This document shows positions 60,957 to 64,000 of a stretch of DNA of 64,000 nt, one piece after another (the first letter of the stretch is position 1; every line of letters begins with the position of its first letter). The DNA is from Convolutriloba macropyga (taxonomy: Eukaryota). A program made the translations under genes and the position numbers. Below the pieces are notes generated by a model that saw nothing but the letters and a program-made list of their open reading frames with translations, made no database searches and was not told the origin of the DNA. The DNA lies in the NCBI RefSeq assembly GCF_964194025.1, contig NC_134476.1:13268001-13332000 (forward strand). The letters run 5' to 3'.

Positions 60957-62148
60957 CTCTATCTGCGATGTCCTGTTTCAAGAACTTCATGAATCCCTCT
61001 GCTGCATTGTGGTGATCTGTGATCGTAATCTGTGCTTTCTGAAATGAGTGCAAAACTGCAGCATTCACTTCAACATACAATCGGTCAATGTTCAGCTGAC
61101 TGCTAGCGGCTAAAGTAACGTCCATTCCGATTTCCTCCGCCAATTGAGGAATAAAATTGTATCTCTGTAAATCGCAAAGATTCCTTCCAATTTCTGTTTG
61201 CATAAACCAACCACTGAAAGGTACTGACTTGAAAACCATACCTCCGATCTCAATTGCCTTGTCAGCGACAAAAGGTTGCGCAACCCACCGCAACCCAAGT
61301 TTCTTAATTGCAACGTCATATTTGGGTTCCGGGTGTGACAGGTACACGATTGGTTTGCAGTCATCAGGGAGTTCGTACCAACTTGGAGGCTCTTCGACGT
61401 TTGATTGGACGATTATAGGCAACAGATCCCATTGTGTTCGCTGATTGGTCGGTTTGTTCCAACCAAGTTTCACAGCAATTCTGGTCAGTTCCTGATTGGA
61501 TGGGTCTCCCAGCAGAGTTCCGTCTTCTTGCTCATAACAAGCGAATCGCAAGTACTGCGAAGACCACATTCGCGAATTGAGCGGCAAAACCAAAACGGAA
61601 GCGCCCAATTTTCCACCATTGTAAGCGTGCCTTATATGGTCACAAATTGCATGGAACATTTCGTCGTTAGTTTTGACATCTCGTCTGTCTATAATGTCCA
61701 TAGTTTGCCAGTAGAGTCGGTTAATACAGCGAGCTGCGTTTCGCCAAGCGAGCTGGCAACCATATCTTAATTCGTCAGTTGAGTAACTGACATTTCCAGT
61801 CAATCGGATTTCATCTTCGATTTCTTTCAGCCGTTCTTCGTAATCATCCTTCGAAGTTTGCTTGTCTTGATGGTAGATCTTCAAGAAATCACGCGATTCT
61901 TTCACGACTTGATCGGTAGTGAAGTCCGGCAAAGGCCAGTTTTTGGAGCTATCAGTTTTGATGTACGGGGAGTAATACATATAAGTGTTAGTGCACACTT
62001 GATGTCGGCAGTCCTGATACAGATTAGATTTAGGGCCGTTTATAGGAAAACAATCATTTGTTGCGTAGTTCCTCAACCGTGCCACTGGGCATTTATCAAA
62101 GACCAGGGGTTCCTGGCCTCTCTCGAAACTTTGCTCCTCGTCCGCCAT
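60957..62148 (-). CDS. NOS: Nitric oxide synthase, exon 1 (nearly the whole oxygenase domain). Model: join(62148-60957, 59347-58112, 57672-57521, 55069-54335), 3315 nt, 1104 aa
   Basis: Zn motif CRHQVC (CX4C), heme-thiolate AWRNAARCINR, GDP, PFSGWFMQTEIG with the substrate Glu, and TDHH. Donor AG|GTAACA at 60956, phase 1. Confidence 0.95.
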
Positions 62149-64000
62149 TTTTGATAACCCTAAACTGATTTGTATGAAAATTCGAATAGCTCAAGTTTGG
62201 AAGTGAACAACTTTAACGGCTGCAGTTACCAAACTGCGTTTTGAGGTTTTATTGGTATATGTGAACAATAATTAATATTAGTACAACTATATTGATATGT
62301 AGCAAATTAATGTTTTTTGGTAAAAGTAATAATTTAAGTAAGGTTCATAGAATCGGAGAAAAACTATCAATATTGGGAGCGAATTTGCTCATTTTGTCTT
62401 AAGCAAAAAGAAAACACAATTTTACAGGAATTTTTTTGGAAATTTGTTTTAAGATCTTGAGAGATTCCAAATCCTATTAAAAAACTACATCAAGTAATAA
62501 ATTGTTGACTGGATAGATAAAATTTTGTAAGATAATTGCAAAGTATGTCCAGTAATTCTGGACTCAACTATTTTGCTTGATCTATGGAGCGTGAAAGTAC
62601 AATGGAGTGACAACATCTGTTATGTTCCTTAATCAACAGGACACCCATCTGTGAATGAATCCCATTATTTCCACAATTTCATAATTGTTTATTTAAAACA
62701 CTAGATAAGAGCTTTGATCTTTGGTACTATTCAACTAATCTTAAGTAGAATGGTTTCCATTTTTTCAATATTTTCATATTAGAATTCCTTTTTCCGAAAC
62801 AAAATTTTTACTCGCCGCGATCACTGATTTTTATTTTACATAATTAGACCTCTCTAAATCTCTAAACTTGTCGAACAAGCGAAAATTGAAGGTGTTCTAA
62901 TTGATGATTAATCCAGAAAGTCCTTGCTGTTTAATCCAGAAATCTGTTTTTCAGCGCGTGCTTAACCATATCTTCAGGTTGACCATAGCCTGAATAATAT
63001 TGGCTGCATTGGTGGTTTCACGTAAAAGATTAACAACGCGAAAAAATGGCAATAGTCGCCAAAAAAAGAACATTCATGCTCCCAAAATGAACAGCCTGAA
63101 ATGTGGGTAATAATAGAAAAGGGCAGCAGAGAACATGCTACTGTTGATGCTTAATGCTTATTGTAAAACTGACTCTTAACTAATTAATTGTCCAATTCTA
63201 GAATCAAGATTTGGGCCTTTAAACGAATCTGTCGGCATAATTTGCGCGAAATTAACTACCTAAAATGTTGAAATTGGTTACAAAATTCAAAAAATGTGAG
63301 CTAAAAATCATGATCGGTTCTGTTTCACCGTTGTCCGCACGAATGAACTGGTATTTGATTCCAAGCAGATGCTATCCACAGTCATTAAATTTTACCGGGG
63401 TGATTTTTAACGGAGCCTTTTCTACCTCAATTATGGTTCTTTCTCGACTTAGACAGGTCTAGTAGTGATAACTAACCGAAAAAATTCAACTTAGAGATGT
63501 ATTTACAAAAAGAGGCTATATATTAGAGGAGTCAGTGCACCTAACAAAGCAAACATGAAAACAAAAAAAGATGCCATACCACTTTATGACCCAAGTCCGT
63601 CTTTTCAATAAGTGTGCAGACTGGGTAGAATAATGATCAACGGTCAAAGGTTACGCAATTTTGCTCTTGGTGACCGAGAAAAATTAAAAATGAATCCACT
63701 AATTTACTATGAGAATACTACATCAAGTAGATGTCAGCATCGGGTACTGATGTGCAGCTAGAGTGGGCCACATTAAAAACAATTCATTCAGTAGAAACAA
63801 GGTTCAAGGTTCTTAATTCAAGGTACTGAAACCCATTTATTACTTCAAAAGCAAAAAAAAGTTTATTTTTGAACTTTTCATGGTAGTCAAATATATCGAA
63901 TCAAACAAGCCTTTCAAAAAATTCAGTCCTTTGTCAGGTCATTTTTTCGGAGTTTTAAAGACTTATGCCCAGTACCAGAATTAAAAAAAAAATATCATGT

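Overview
AT-rich eukaryotic (animal-like, spliceosomal introns) genomic window with one 200-N assembly gap; the species cannot be identified from the sequence. Four genes are well supported. (1) A spliced UBE2D/Ubc4-like E2 on the + strand at 10.8-12.2 kb; its first exon was not found and one donor reads AT instead of GT. (2) An intronless Fem-1-like ankyrin protein (+, 44256-45998). (3) An intronless calcyphosin-like EF-hand protein with a RITA1-like C-terminal half (-, 47659-48954). (4) A full-length nitric oxide synthase (-, 54335-62148, 4 exons, about 1104 aa) that is intron-poor, lacks the C-terminal tail, has an altered L-Arg pocket, needs a GC donor, and has a 13-bp direct repeat across intron 1. 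The 0-42 kb region is mostly non-autonomous transposons: at least four co-oriented, nested Helentron-type (HINE) families, and CCC-ended MITEs, some carrying tRNA-like cassettes. The window also holds three 1.5-2 kb tandem duplications and several orphan or decayed hydrophobic exons. All gene models and family calls come from manual reading and recalled motifs; no database searches were run.
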